The position numbers were made by a program, and so were the translations under genes. Of a DNA stretch of 64,000 nucleotides, positions 35,307 to 43,822 are shown in pieces (positions within the stretch are counted from its first letter, which is position 1; the number at the start of each line of letters is the position of its first letter). The stretch is from contig JAOZGC010000002.1 of the NCBI GenBank assembly GCA_027491915.1, positions 384,001 through 448,000 of the forward strand, read 5' to 3'. Under the pieces are notes generated by a model. That model did no database searches, had not been told where the DNA came from, and saw nothing but the letters and a program-made list of their open reading frames with translations. The DNA comes from Thermoproteota archaeon. Lineage in GTDB: Archaea; Korarchaeota; Korarchaeia; Korarchaeales; Korarchaeaceae.

Positions 35307-36652
35307 CGGAACCCCGAGACGTCCCCCAGGATGAGGACCGGCTCCTTCCCCAGATCCAAGACCACCTCCCCCGCCCCCCGGGCTACCTCGCCGCCGGCCA
35401 GGTCCAGGACCGTTAGGTTCCCCCTCCCTTCTATCACCAGGGGACCGACCTGCTCCGGCCCCCTGACGACCCACCAGTCCTGCCAGACGACCGAGATCGG
35501 CCCTTGGGGCGTCGAGAACTTGAACAGGTAGGTCAGGGTGTCGTTCCGGGAGAGCTCCAGCTCGGCCCTCCCGAGCAGCCTCGAGAGGGTCTGGTACGCG
35601 TAGAACGCCCTCTTCTTGACCCCCTCCCCCCCGTCCCATGGTCCCTTCCCGTCGTAGACGAGTCCCGACTGGTCGAAGAATCCCTCGCCGGTCCCCTCGT
35701 AGCTGGGCTCCTCGACGTAGCACCAGAACACCTTCTCCACCCCCACGGCCCGGAGCACCACGAACCTCTTCACCAGGTCGGCGGCCTGCTCCTCCTCGGT
35801 CTGACACACCTCGCCGACGCAGCCGGAGAAGGTGGACGTCTCCTGGACCCAGATGGGCCTGTCACCCAGCCCGTACTCCTCCAGGACGGACCTCATCTCC
35901 CTGTATATCTCCACGCCGGACAGGTAGTTCTCGGCCCCGGGGAGCCGCCTGGACGGGGCCGCCAGCCCGTAGTAGTGGAAGTTGAACACGTCCACCAGGT
36001 CCCCGACCCCCCGATCCAGGAAGGCCCTCAGGTAGGGGATCAGGATGGACCCGTCGAGCAGGCCCCCCATGACGACCTTGCAGTCGGGGCAGGCCCTCTT
36101 TATCGCCGAGGCGTACACGGAAAATCTATCCGCGTACTCTTCCGGGCCGCAGGACGTCCCCCACCCGCCGTTCTCCTCGTTTCCCACCATCCAGAGGGTC
36201 ACCCTCCTCCCGACCAGCTCCGCTCCCCTGCCCTCGGTGTAGTACCTGACTATCTCCTCGACGGCCCGGGACGTCTCGTTGGGATCCCTCATCTCGGGGG
36301 CCCAGAAGGCTGCCAGCGGCTCCGATCCGTTCCCCACAACCCACCTCATCGCCTTTGTGTTCCTGATCTCCTGCTTGGATCCCACGTAATCGGGGGTGGC
36401 CCCCAGGAAGAAGCCGTAGCTGTGTACGTCCACCATGAGCTCGGAGAGGTACCTCTTGTCGTGGACTATACCCGTTATTCCGAAGAAACCGTCCCTCTCA
36501 GCCGGTTTGGGTTGGGGCTCCACCCCTCCCCCGGGCTCCACCCCTCCCCCGGGCTCCACCCCTCCGGGGCCTCTCGTGGCGAGCGCGGCCACAAAGAAGA
36601 ACGCGACGGCGACCGCCGCCAGGAGAATGGGGATCCTGCTCCCCCTTCCCAT
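35288..36652 (-). CDS. Membrane-anchored clan GH-A glycoside hydrolase (GH5/GH39-like)
   Basis: N-terminal TM; WMVGNEE (acid/base), FNFHYY, PIWVQETS (nucleophile), EQAADL, KVFW. Confidence 0.75.
   Translation of the reverse strand: MGRGSRIPILLAAVAVAFFFVAALATRGPGGVEPGGGVEPGGGVEPQPKPAERDGFFGITGIVHDKRYLSELMVDVHSYGFFLGATPDYVGSKQEIRNTKAMRWVVGNGSEPLAAFWAPEMRDPNETSRAVEEIVRYYTEGRGAELVGRRVTLWMVGNEENGGWGTSCGPEEYADRFSVYASAIKRACPDCKVVMGGLLDGSILIPYLRAFLDRGVGDLVDVFNFHYYGLAAPSRRLPGAENYLSGVEIYREMRSVLEEYGLGDRPIWVQETSTFSGCVGEVCQTEEEQAADLVKRFVVLRAVGVEKVFWCYVEEPSYEGTGEGFFDQSGLVYDGKGPWDGGEGVKKRAFYAYQTLSRLLGRAELELSRNDTLTYLFKFSTPQGPISVVWQDWWVVRGPEQVGPLVIEGRGNLTVLDLAGGEVARGAGEVVLDLGKEPVLILGDVSGFRYSPGG
36515..36565. 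repeat. 18-bp tandem repeat (about 2.8 copies) encoding a PGGGVE linker
   Basis: GGGCTCCACCCCTCCCCC twice plus a partial third copy. Confidence 0.9.
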
Positions 36653-36748
36653 GGGCGCGAAACCGACCGCTTGAATAAAAACGGCGGCCCCGCCGGCCGC
36701 TCGGCCGCTTTTTAATGGTCCCCGCGCGCCGCCCGACCGGGACCTCCT

Positions 36749-38602
36749 CTGGACGAGGGCGGGGAGATCTCGCTGAAGAGGGACGTCGGCTGGTTCGGAT
36801 CTTTCGCGATGGGCTACGCCGACGTCGGGGCCGACGTGTTCATGGCGCTCGGGATGGTGGCCTCCTATGCCGCCGGGGCGCTTCCCCTGGCCTTCTCGGT
36901 GGCCGCCGTCGTTTACGTCCTCACCGGCCTCGTCTACGCCGAGCTGGCCTCAACCTACCCCTACGCCGGCGGGGCCCAGGTTTACGCCGCCCGCGGCCTG
37001 GGAGACGCGGCTGGCTTCGTCGCCGGGTGGGCCCTCATCCTGAGCTACACCGTGGACGTGGCCCTCTTCTCCCTTGCGGCGGCCGGTTACCTGTCCTACT
37101 TCCTCCCCTGGCTTGCCTCCCGCGTCGAGCTGTTCGGCCTCGGCGTGCGCAGCGTCTCGGCGTGCGCAGCTCTTGTCTCGGCCTCCCTGACGGCCCTGAA
37201 CCTGGTCGGCATAAGGGGATCCTCCCGCCTGAACGAGGCCATGGTGGCGCTGGGCCTGACCGTCCAGGCTCTGCTCCTGATCGTTGGTCTCGCCAGTTTG
37301 GATTTGGAGTCCCTCTCCGCTTCCATCTCTGAGGTGGGCAGCCCTGGGGCCAGGCCAGGGGTCTCCTACCTCCCCGGAATAGACCTGAGGACGCAGAACT
37401 TCCTCTACGCGTCGACCCTGGCCATGAGTTCCTTCGTAGGGGTTGAGTCCATCGCCCAGGCCGCCGAGGAGATAAGGAGACCCCACAGGTGGATCCCCGT
37501 GGCCACCAAGCTCTCGGTGGCCTCCGTCCTCGTGTTCGCCCTGGGCCTCTCGGCGGTGGGAGTCGGGACGGTCGGGTGGAGGGCCCTGGCTGCGGCGGAG
37601 GAGAGGCCCCTGACCGCCCTGGCCTTCTCCCTCCCCCTGATCGGTCCGATCGCCTCTCCGGTCGTGGCCGCCACGGGCTTCGCCATAAACCTGGTCTCGG
37701 CAAACACCGGGATAATAGGGGTCTCCAGGGTGGCCTACTCCATGGGGAAGTACGGCCTGCTCCCCTCTTGGTTCAGGGTGGTCCACCGAAGGTGGAGGAC
37801 GCCGGCGCGCACCGTGCTGACGTTCGGGGCCATAGGCTCGGCTGCCGCCCTGGTGGGGGGGCTGGATTCCGTCGCCGACGTCTACGCCTTCGGCGCCCTG
37901 ATCTCCTATCTCTTGGTTCACCTGAGCGTCATAAAGCTGAGGAACATGGACAGGGACGCCTACAGGCCCTGGAGGTCTCCTGGCTCCGTCTCTATCTCCG
38001 GGCGCGAGGTCCCGCTCGTCGGGGCGGCCGGCGCGCTGGCGACGGCCTCGATGCTCGCCCTGGTGGCCGCCATGCACCCGGTGGGGAGGACCATGGGCTC
38101 GGCGTGGATCGCGGCCGGACTGGCCGTATACGCCTCCTACAGGAGGGCCGTCGGCCTGCCGATCCTGGGAAGGCTGTCCGGTTCGGCGGTGAAGCCCGCC
38201 TCCCGCGTACTCGACGTGTTGGTTCCCCTGGAGCCCAGGTTCCCCCCCGAGGTCATCGCCGAGGCCGTCTCCTCGGCCCTCAGGGACAGGGCGAGGGTCC
38301 ACCTCCTGGCGGCCGTCGACCCGACCTCGCCGGGCGCCGCGTCCGAGGCCGAGGAGCTTTCTCGCTTCCTGGACGAGGTCGCCTCCCTCCTCAGGGACAG
38401 GGTGGCCGGGGTCGGCGCCTCCCTGAGGTGGGGAGATCCGGCCGACGCCACCTTAGAGGAGGCGAGGCGCGGCTCCTACGACCTGATTCTGATCCTGGCC
38501 GGAAGGAGGCCCGTCAAGGGATCCCCTGGCGGAATTATTAGTCGGCTGACCAGGGATCTCCCCGGCAGGCTGGAGGTGGTGAGATGGGGAAGTTCCTGGT
38601 GA
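36749..38602 (+). CDS. APC-family amino acid permease with C-terminal USP-like domain
   Basis: LKRDVGWFGSFAMGYADVGAD, YAELAS..AGG, FVGVESIAQAAEE, SRVAYSM, RPWRSP; USP-like tail; start proposed at CTG 36749. Confidence 0.85.
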   Translation: MDEGGEISLKRDVGWFGSFAMGYADVGADVFMALGMVASYAAGALPLAFSVAAVVYVLTGLVYAELASTYPYAGGAQVYAARGLGDAAGFVAGWALILSYTVDVALFSLAAAGYLSYFLPWLASRVELFGLGVRSVSACAALVSASLTALNLVGIRGSSRLNEAMVALGLTVQALLLIVGLASLDLESLSASISEVGSPGARPGVSYLPGIDLRTQNFLYASTLAMSSFVGVESIAQAAEEIRRPHRWIPVATKLSVASVLVFALGLSAVGVGTVGWRALAAAEERPLTALAFSLPLIGPIASPVVAATGFAINLVSANTGIIGVSRVAYSMGKYGLLPSWFRVVHRRWRTPARTVLTFGAIGSAAALVGGLDSVADVYAFGALISYLLVHLSVIKLRNMDRDAYRPWRSPGSVSISGREVPLVGAAGALATASMLALVAAMHPVGRTMGSAWIAAGLAVYASYRRAVGLPILGRLSGSAVKPASRVLDVLVPLEPRFPPEVIAEAVSSALRDRARVHLLAAVDPTSPGAASEAEELSRFLDEVASLLRDRVAGVGASLRWGDPADATLEEARRGSYDLILILAGRRPVKGSPGGIISRLTRDLPGRLEVVRWGSSW

Positions 38603-38853
38603 TCCTCAACGTCTACGTTGACAGCAGGAGGCTGGAGGACGTGGTGGAGGCCCTCCTAGGGATGCCGGAGGTGGTGGACCTGTACGAGGTGACCGGGAGC
38701 TACGACGTGGTGGCGGTGGTGGAGACCGACTCCAAGGAGAGCTTCAGGTCTCTGCTGGTCAAGAGGATCCTGAGGATAGGGGGGGTCAAAGAGACCAACA
38801 GCTCCGTCATCCTCCACGTCCACAAGAGGGCCGGGGAGGCGGTGGAGGGTTGA
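38584..38853 (+). CDS. Stand-alone Lrp/AsnC ligand-binding (RAM) domain
   Basis: PEVVDLYEVTGSYDVV...IGGVKETNSSV; no HTH. Confidence 0.85.
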   Translation: MGKFLVILNVYVDSRRLEDVVEALLGMPEVVDLYEVTGSYDVVAVVETDSKESFRSLLVKRILRIGGVKETNSSVILHVHKRAGEAVEG

Positions 38854-39269
38854 GCCCAAAGCTGAGGGTCCTGGCGCCGGTGGCCGGCCCCGAGGAGGCG
38901 GCCGCCCTCCTGGGGGTCCTGTCGGGCGTCCTCGCGGGGGGCTTCGAGGTGGTCGTCCTCGGCGTCATCCCCGTCCCGGCCGCCTCCCCCCTGGACGCCC
39001 CGGAGCTGGCAGACGAGGCGAGGGAACTGGAGACGACCCTCGGCGCGGCCGCGGCCCGCTCGCCAGTTCTCCCCGGGCGGGTGACCGCGAGGGTGGTCCT
39101 GGCCAGGGATCCCGCCGGGGCTGTGATGGAGTCGCTCGAGGGGTTCGACCTGCTCGCGGTCTCCACCGGGTTCCTGAGGTCTGCGCGTGGGGTGTTCGGC
39201 GGGATCAGGGTCGAGGACGCGGCGGAGGCCGGCATCCCGGTGCTCGTCTGGGCCGCCCCAGGGAGGTGA
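38850..39269 (+). CDS. USP-like domain protein
   Basis: RVLAPV, VIPVP...PLDA, ARDPAGAV, DLLAV, IPVLV; TTGA coupling. Confidence 0.6.
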   Translation: MSPKLRVLAPVAGPEEAAALLGVLSGVLAGGFEVVVLGVIPVPAASPLDAPELADEARELETTLGAAAARSPVLPGRVTARVVLARDPAGAVMESLEGFDLLAVSTGFLRSARGVFGGIRVEDAAEAGIPVLVWAAPGR

Positions 39270-40072
39270 TCGCGTCGCCCTCCCCACCCGACAGGGGGGA
39301 CGCGCTCCGCGTCGTCGGCTGGCTCGCCCTGGCCCAGTCCGTCGCCGGGGCCGCGGCCTGGCGGTTCGGAGTCATCCCTGAGTACCAGGTCGGTCCGGCC
39401 GAATCGGCCGGCCTGTCGGCCGGCTACGTCCTGGCCGTCTTCGCGGCGACGACGCTGATGTTGTACCTGCTCAGGAGGAGGCTCCTCTCCCTCCTGAGGC
39501 TTCTGATCTCGGCCTCCCTCTCCCTGTCCACCCTGGTCACCACGGCCTACCTCCTGGAATCCGCGGGCCTCCGGCCCGAGGTTTACCTCCCCGCGTCGTG
39601 CGCCGCGGCCCTCCTGGTCCTCCGCCCCGGGCTGCCCGGGAACGCGGCGAAGGCCGTATCGGCCGGGGCACTGGGCTACTTCTTCTCCACCCTCTTCCCC
39701 ACTCACTTCTCCCTCATCCTACTCGCGATGATGGCCGCATACGACGCCTACGCGGTCTTCAGGGGTCCCCTGTCCAGGATCTTGTCGGACGCGGCCTCGG
39801 TCTCCGAGCCCCGGGGCGGCCGGGTGATGGACCTGCTGACCATCCAGACCGGCGGGGTCTCCATAGGGTACGGCGACGCCTTCTTCTACTCCCTGGCGAC
39901 CGCGGTGTCCGTGGGCTCCCTCCCGCCGGTCCCCGCCCTCGCCTCCGTGGTCGCCCTGGAGGCCGGGATAGCGGCGACGCTGCTGGCCCTCCCGAAGGTC
40001 GGGAGGCCCCTGCCGGGGCTGACCCTCCCGGTGGCCCTGTGGCTGGCCTCCCTCCTGCTCTGGGGACCGTAA
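39266..40072 (+). CDS. Presenilin/SPP-like GxGD intramembrane aspartyl protease
   Basis: Multi-TM; AYDAYAVF (YD), IGYGDAFFYS (GxGD), PLPGL (PAL-like). Confidence 0.85.
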   Translation: MIASPSPPDRGDALRVVGWLALAQSVAGAAAWRFGVIPEYQVGPAESAGLSAGYVLAVFAATTLMLYLLRRRLLSLLRLLISASLSLSTLVTTAYLLESAGLRPEVYLPASCAAALLVLRPGLPGNAAKAVSAGALGYFFSTLFPTHFSLILLAMMAAYDAYAVFRGPLSRILSDAASVSEPRGGRVMDLLTIQTGGVSIGYGDAFFYSLATAVSVGSLPPVPALASVVALEAGIAATLLALPKVGRPLPGLTLPVALWLASLLLWGP

Positions 40073-41197
40073 TCACCCCGGCGACGGCCGAGGCAGCCCG
40101 GAGGAGGCCAGGCGGGCGTATCCCTCCGCGGCCCTCCCCAACTCTCCCACCTCCACCGACTCGTCCGGCGTGTGGGCGGCGGACTCCTCGCCGGGGCCGT
40201 AGCCCAGGGTCGGGATCCCCTCCTCCCCGGCCGAGTAGGAGCCGTCCGTGCCGAACCTCCACACGGTCCTCCCAGCGCCGAGCACCCGCTGGGCCCAGTC
40301 GACCAGGGGACCCTCGTAGATCCAGGCCGGGAAGAAGGCCTCCACCTCCTCCGAGAATCCGGTGTAGCACCTGATCTCCCTCCGGACCACCCTGGCCTCC
40401 CTGGTTCCCCCGGCCGAGAGGAACCTCAGCACCGACTCCCTGGTCTCCCCCGGGACCATCCTGTAGTCCACCAGGACCTCGCAGGAGTCGGGGACCACTG
40501 GTATCTGCCCCGGACTGCAGGAGATGGCCACAGGGCAGGCGGTAGCCCTGCCGAGCAGGGGGTGATCGGGCAGGTCAGCCTCCCCCAGCTCCAGCGCTGC
40601 CCTGGCCGCCTTGACCAGCGCGCTGTCCCCGACGTCCGGCATGCTGGAGTGGCTGGTCCTCCCGCGGAACTCCAGGGCTACCTCGACCCTCCCCCTGTGT
40701 CCCACGGCCACCCTGAGTCCGGTGGCCTCCCCCAGGATGACCAGGTCCGGCCTCACCCCGAGCTCGTCCAGCGCGTGCCTCAGGCCGAACCCCTCCTGAT
40801 CCTCCTCGTGGACCACGAAGGCGAGGTACAGGTCGCTGGCCGGCTCCCCGATGAGCCCCACGGAGTGCACCATGGCCGCCACCGCCCCCTTCATGTCGGC
40901 CGCCCCCCGACCCACGAGCCTGCCCCCCCTGACCTCGCCGGCGAACGGGTCCACCGACCAGGCCGCCTCGTCTCCCGGGGGGACCACGTCCATGTGCCCG
41001 TCGAACAGGATCGCGCCCTCCCCGGACCCGGAGACTTTGGCCAGGACGTTTCCGACCCCATCCACCCTAACCCAGTCGACCCCCACCCTCGACAGCTCGT
41101 CCCTTATCAGGGCGGCCACGTCGCCCTCCGCCCCGGAGGGACTCGGGGTCCTCACCAGCTCCGCCGCGAACTCCACCAGTTCCCGGTCCGTGGGCAT
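40073..41197 (-). CDS. M20 metallo-amidohydrolase, YgeY-like
   Basis: LFDGHMDVV, GRGAADMKG, VHEEDQEG, GHRGR, WRFGTDG, GYGPGEE..AHTPDE. Confidence 0.8.
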   Translation of the reverse strand: MPTDRELVEFAAELVRTPSPSGAEGDVAALIRDELSRVGVDWVRVDGVGNVLAKVSGSGEGAILFDGHMDVVPPGDEAAWSVDPFAGEVRGGRLVGRGAADMKGAVAAMVHSVGLIGEPASDLYLAFVVHEEDQEGFGLRHALDELGVRPDLVILGEATGLRVAVGHRGRVEVALEFRGRTSHSSMPDVGDSALVKAARAALELGEADLPDHPLLGRATACPVAISCSPGQIPVVPDSCEVLVDYRMVPGETRESVLRFLSAGGTREARVVRREIRCYTGFSEEVEAFFPAWIYEGPLVDWAQRVLGAGRTVWRFGTDGSYSAGEEGIPTLGYGPGEESAAHTPDESVEVGELGRAAEGYARLASSGLPRPSPG

Positions 41198-41279
41198 AGG
41201 TCTCGACCGACCCCCAGGGATAAAAATCGGCCCGGCGTCGGTGCAATTTTTTTACAGCCGTCCCCTCCTCCCGGCCGCG

Positions 41280-42482
41280 ATGGACCCCCTCCTCTCCTTC
41301 GCGGCCGCCATGGCGCTCCTGGTGTCCCTGATGGCCCTGGGCAGGGACGTGGTCGAGGCGGTGGCCGCGTCCACCGCGGCCTTCGGCGTCCTGTCCCTCG
41401 GCTGGGGGGTCTTCCCCTCGGCCGCCAGGGGATTGGCCTCCACCGGCACCGTCAACCTTCTCTCGGCCGTGGCCCTGGCCCTCTCGCTGGCCCACGTGAT
41501 GAGGTGGGCCGGAATACTGGACGGGGCCACCGCAGCCTTCGTCTCCGTCGGGAAGAGATTCGCCGCCGTCTCCGTCCCGGCCCTCGTGGGCCTGATCCCC
41601 ATGCCGGGGGGAGCCCTGGTCTCGGCCATGATGATGAGGGGGGTATACTTAGACGACATGGGGGTGAACAGGCCCCTGGCCACCTTCCTCAACTACTGGT
41701 TCAGGCACGTGTGGGTGGCCGTCTGGCCCCTTTACCAGGGGATACTGATAACGGCCGCGATCCTGGACTCCCCCGTCAGGTCCGTGATCTCCGCCACCTT
41801 CCCGGCCTCGCTGGCCTCCGTGGCCGCCGGCCTGCTGGTCGCGGTTCCGGCCATGGGGCGGCCGTCCGGCGGGGGTTATCCCACTCCGGCCGGGTCCCCG
41901 TCCCCCGCATCGGCCGCCCGCGGCCTCTGGCCCTTCGCCCTGGTCGTCGCCTCCTTCCTGGCCGGGCTGCCGGTGACGGGCGCCCTCGCCCTCACCCTGG
42001 CCGCCGTCCTGGTGGCGACCAGGCCGGACCGTTCCGAGCTGCGGGAGGCGGTCGCCTTCGCGCTCAACCCCAGGTTCGTCGTCCTCATCCTCTCCGCCAT
42101 GGTCCTGAGGCAGTTCGTTTTGGAGAGCGGGGCCTCGGGAGAGTTCCTCTCCCTCCTGGGCGACGTGGGGGTCCCCCCCCTGGCCGCGGCCTTTCTCATC
42201 CCAATGGCGGTGGGGGTCTTCACCGCCGCCGAGTTCGTCTACGCCGCCTCCGTCTTCCCCCTGATGAAGGGACTGCTCGCCCCAGGGGGGATCATAGACC
42301 CCTCGGCGATGCTCACCGCCTACGCCGGCGGCTTCGTCGGCGTGATGCTGTCGCCGGCCCACCTCTGCCTCGTCCTGACGGCGGAGCACTTCGGGAGCCG
42401 GGTGCCCCCGGTCTACAGGTACCTGCTGCCCGCGGCGGCCGTCGCCGCCGCCCTGTCGGGGGCGGCAGCCCTGGCGCTCTGA
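41280..42482 (+). CDS. DUF401-family membrane transporter-like protein
   Basis: PALVGLIPMPGGALVSA, NYWFRH..WPLY, MLSPAHLCL. Confidence 0.82.
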   Translation: MDPLLSFAAAMALLVSLMALGRDVVEAVAASTAAFGVLSLGWGVFPSAARGLASTGTVNLLSAVALALSLAHVMRWAGILDGATAAFVSVGKRFAAVSVPALVGLIPMPGGALVSAMMMRGVYLDDMGVNRPLATFLNYWFRHVWVAVWPLYQGILITAAILDSPVRSVISATFPASLASVAAGLLVAVPAMGRPSGGGYPTPAGSPSPASAARGLWPFALVVASFLAGLPVTGALALTLAAVLVATRPDRSELREAVAFALNPRFVVLILSAMVLRQFVLESGASGEFLSLLGDVGVPPLAAAFLIPMAVGVFTAAEFVYAASVFPLMKGLLAPGGIIDPSAMLTAYAGGFVGVMLSPAHLCLVLTAEHFGSRVPPVYRYLLPAAAVAAALSGAAALAL

Positions 42483-42504
42483 GGCGGCGGGGATGGGATC
42501 GGGC

Positions 42505-43800
42505 TCATGATCCGGGGGATCCGCCCCCCCGGGCCGCCCTGATCTCCCTGAGTATCTCCTCCGCCCTGTCTATCCTTATCTTCCTCTCCCTCACCAGCCT
42601 CTCGACCACCAGGTCCACCTCCTCCGGGGTGGCTCCCGCCGCCATGGCCACGTTCCTGGCGTGCAGCTTCATGTGCCCTGCCTGTATCCCCTCCGTGGCC
42701 AGCGCCCTGAGAGCCGCGAAGTTCTGGGCCAGGCCGACCGCGGCCATCACCTCCGCCAGCTCCCTGGCCGTCTTGACCCCCATGATCTTCAGGGCCGCCC
42801 GGGCCACCGGGTGGACCCTGGCCACGCCGCCCACCGTTCCCACGGCCATGGGCATCTCTATCCACCCCCTGAGGTTCCCCTCCTCGTCCTTCCACCACCT
42901 GGACAGGGAGGTGTACCTCCCGCCCCTGGCGGCGTAGGAGTGGGCCCCGGCCTCCAGGGCCCTGGTGTCCTGACCCGTGGCCCTGGCCACGGCTATAACC
43001 CCGTTCATTATTCCCTTGTTGTGGGTCGCCGCCCTGTAGGGGTCGGCGGCGGCGAACTCGTAGGCGGCCACCACGCCGTCCACCACCTCCTCCCCCCCTA
43101 TCTCCTCCTTCAGGTAGGTTACCTCGGCCCCGGCGAGCCTCCTGTCGGCCAGGTTTGATATTATCCTCAGGAGGACCCGACCCCCGGTTATCCTCTCTAT
43201 CAGCGGGGCCACCGCCTCGGCCATGGTGTTGACCGCGTTTGCCCCCATGGCGTCCCTAACGTCCACCAGAAGGTGGGTTATGACCATCGGCCCGGAGCCC
43301 GTGCGGACGATCCTCGTCTCGACGTCCCTGGCCCCCCCGCCGAACCTGACCAGCACCGGATCCTGCTCGTTGGCGAGCTCTATTATGCGATCCTTCTCGG
43401 CCAGTATGGCCTCGGCGGCCGACTCCGGGTCGTCCACCCCCACCAGCTGTATCTGGCCTATCATTATCGGGTCGGTGGACCAGGCCCTGAAGCCGCCCGA
43501 CGCCCTGGCCATCTTAGCCGCGTTGCTGGCCGCCGCAACCACCGACGGCTCCTCTATGGCCATCGGGACCAGGACGTCCCTCCCGTTCACGATGAAGTTC
43601 ACGGCGACGCCCAGCGGCAGGGGCCAGACCCCTATCACGTTCTCTATCATCCTGTCCGCCATCTCCAGGGGGATGCCCGAGTAGAGGGCCCTCTCCTCCT
43701 CGTCGGAGAGGCCGGCGAACTCCCTGACGATCCGCCTCCTCTCCTCCATTCCCATCCTGTAGAAACCCGGGATCCTGGAAGATCTGGATCTGGACGGCAT
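42505..43800 (-). CDS. mvaA: HMG-CoA reductase, class II
   Basis: IENVIG, PMAIEEPSVVAA, DAMGANAVN, RAATHNKG, EGIQAGHMKLH. Confidence 0.93.
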   Translation of the reverse strand: MPSRSRSSRIPGFYRMGMEERRRIVREFAGLSDEEERALYSGIPLEMADRMIENVIGVWPLPLGVAVNFIVNGRDVLVPMAIEEPSVVAAASNAAKMARASGGFRAWSTDPIMIGQIQLVGVDDPESAAEAILAEKDRIIELANEQDPVLVRFGGGARDVETRIVRTGSGPMVITHLLVDVRDAMGANAVNTMAEAVAPLIERITGGRVLLRIISNLADRRLAGAEVTYLKEEIGGEEVVDGVVAAYEFAAADPYRAATHNKGIMNGVIAVARATGQDTRALEAGAHSYAARGGRYTSLSRWWKDEEGNLRGWIEMPMAVGTVGGVARVHPVARAALKIMGVKTARELAEVMAAVGLAQNFAALRALATEGIQAGHMKLHARNVAMAAGATPEEVDLVVERLVRERKIRIDRAEEILREIRAARGGGSPGS

Positions 43801-43822
43801 CCCGGTGGAGCTCGGAGATCTC

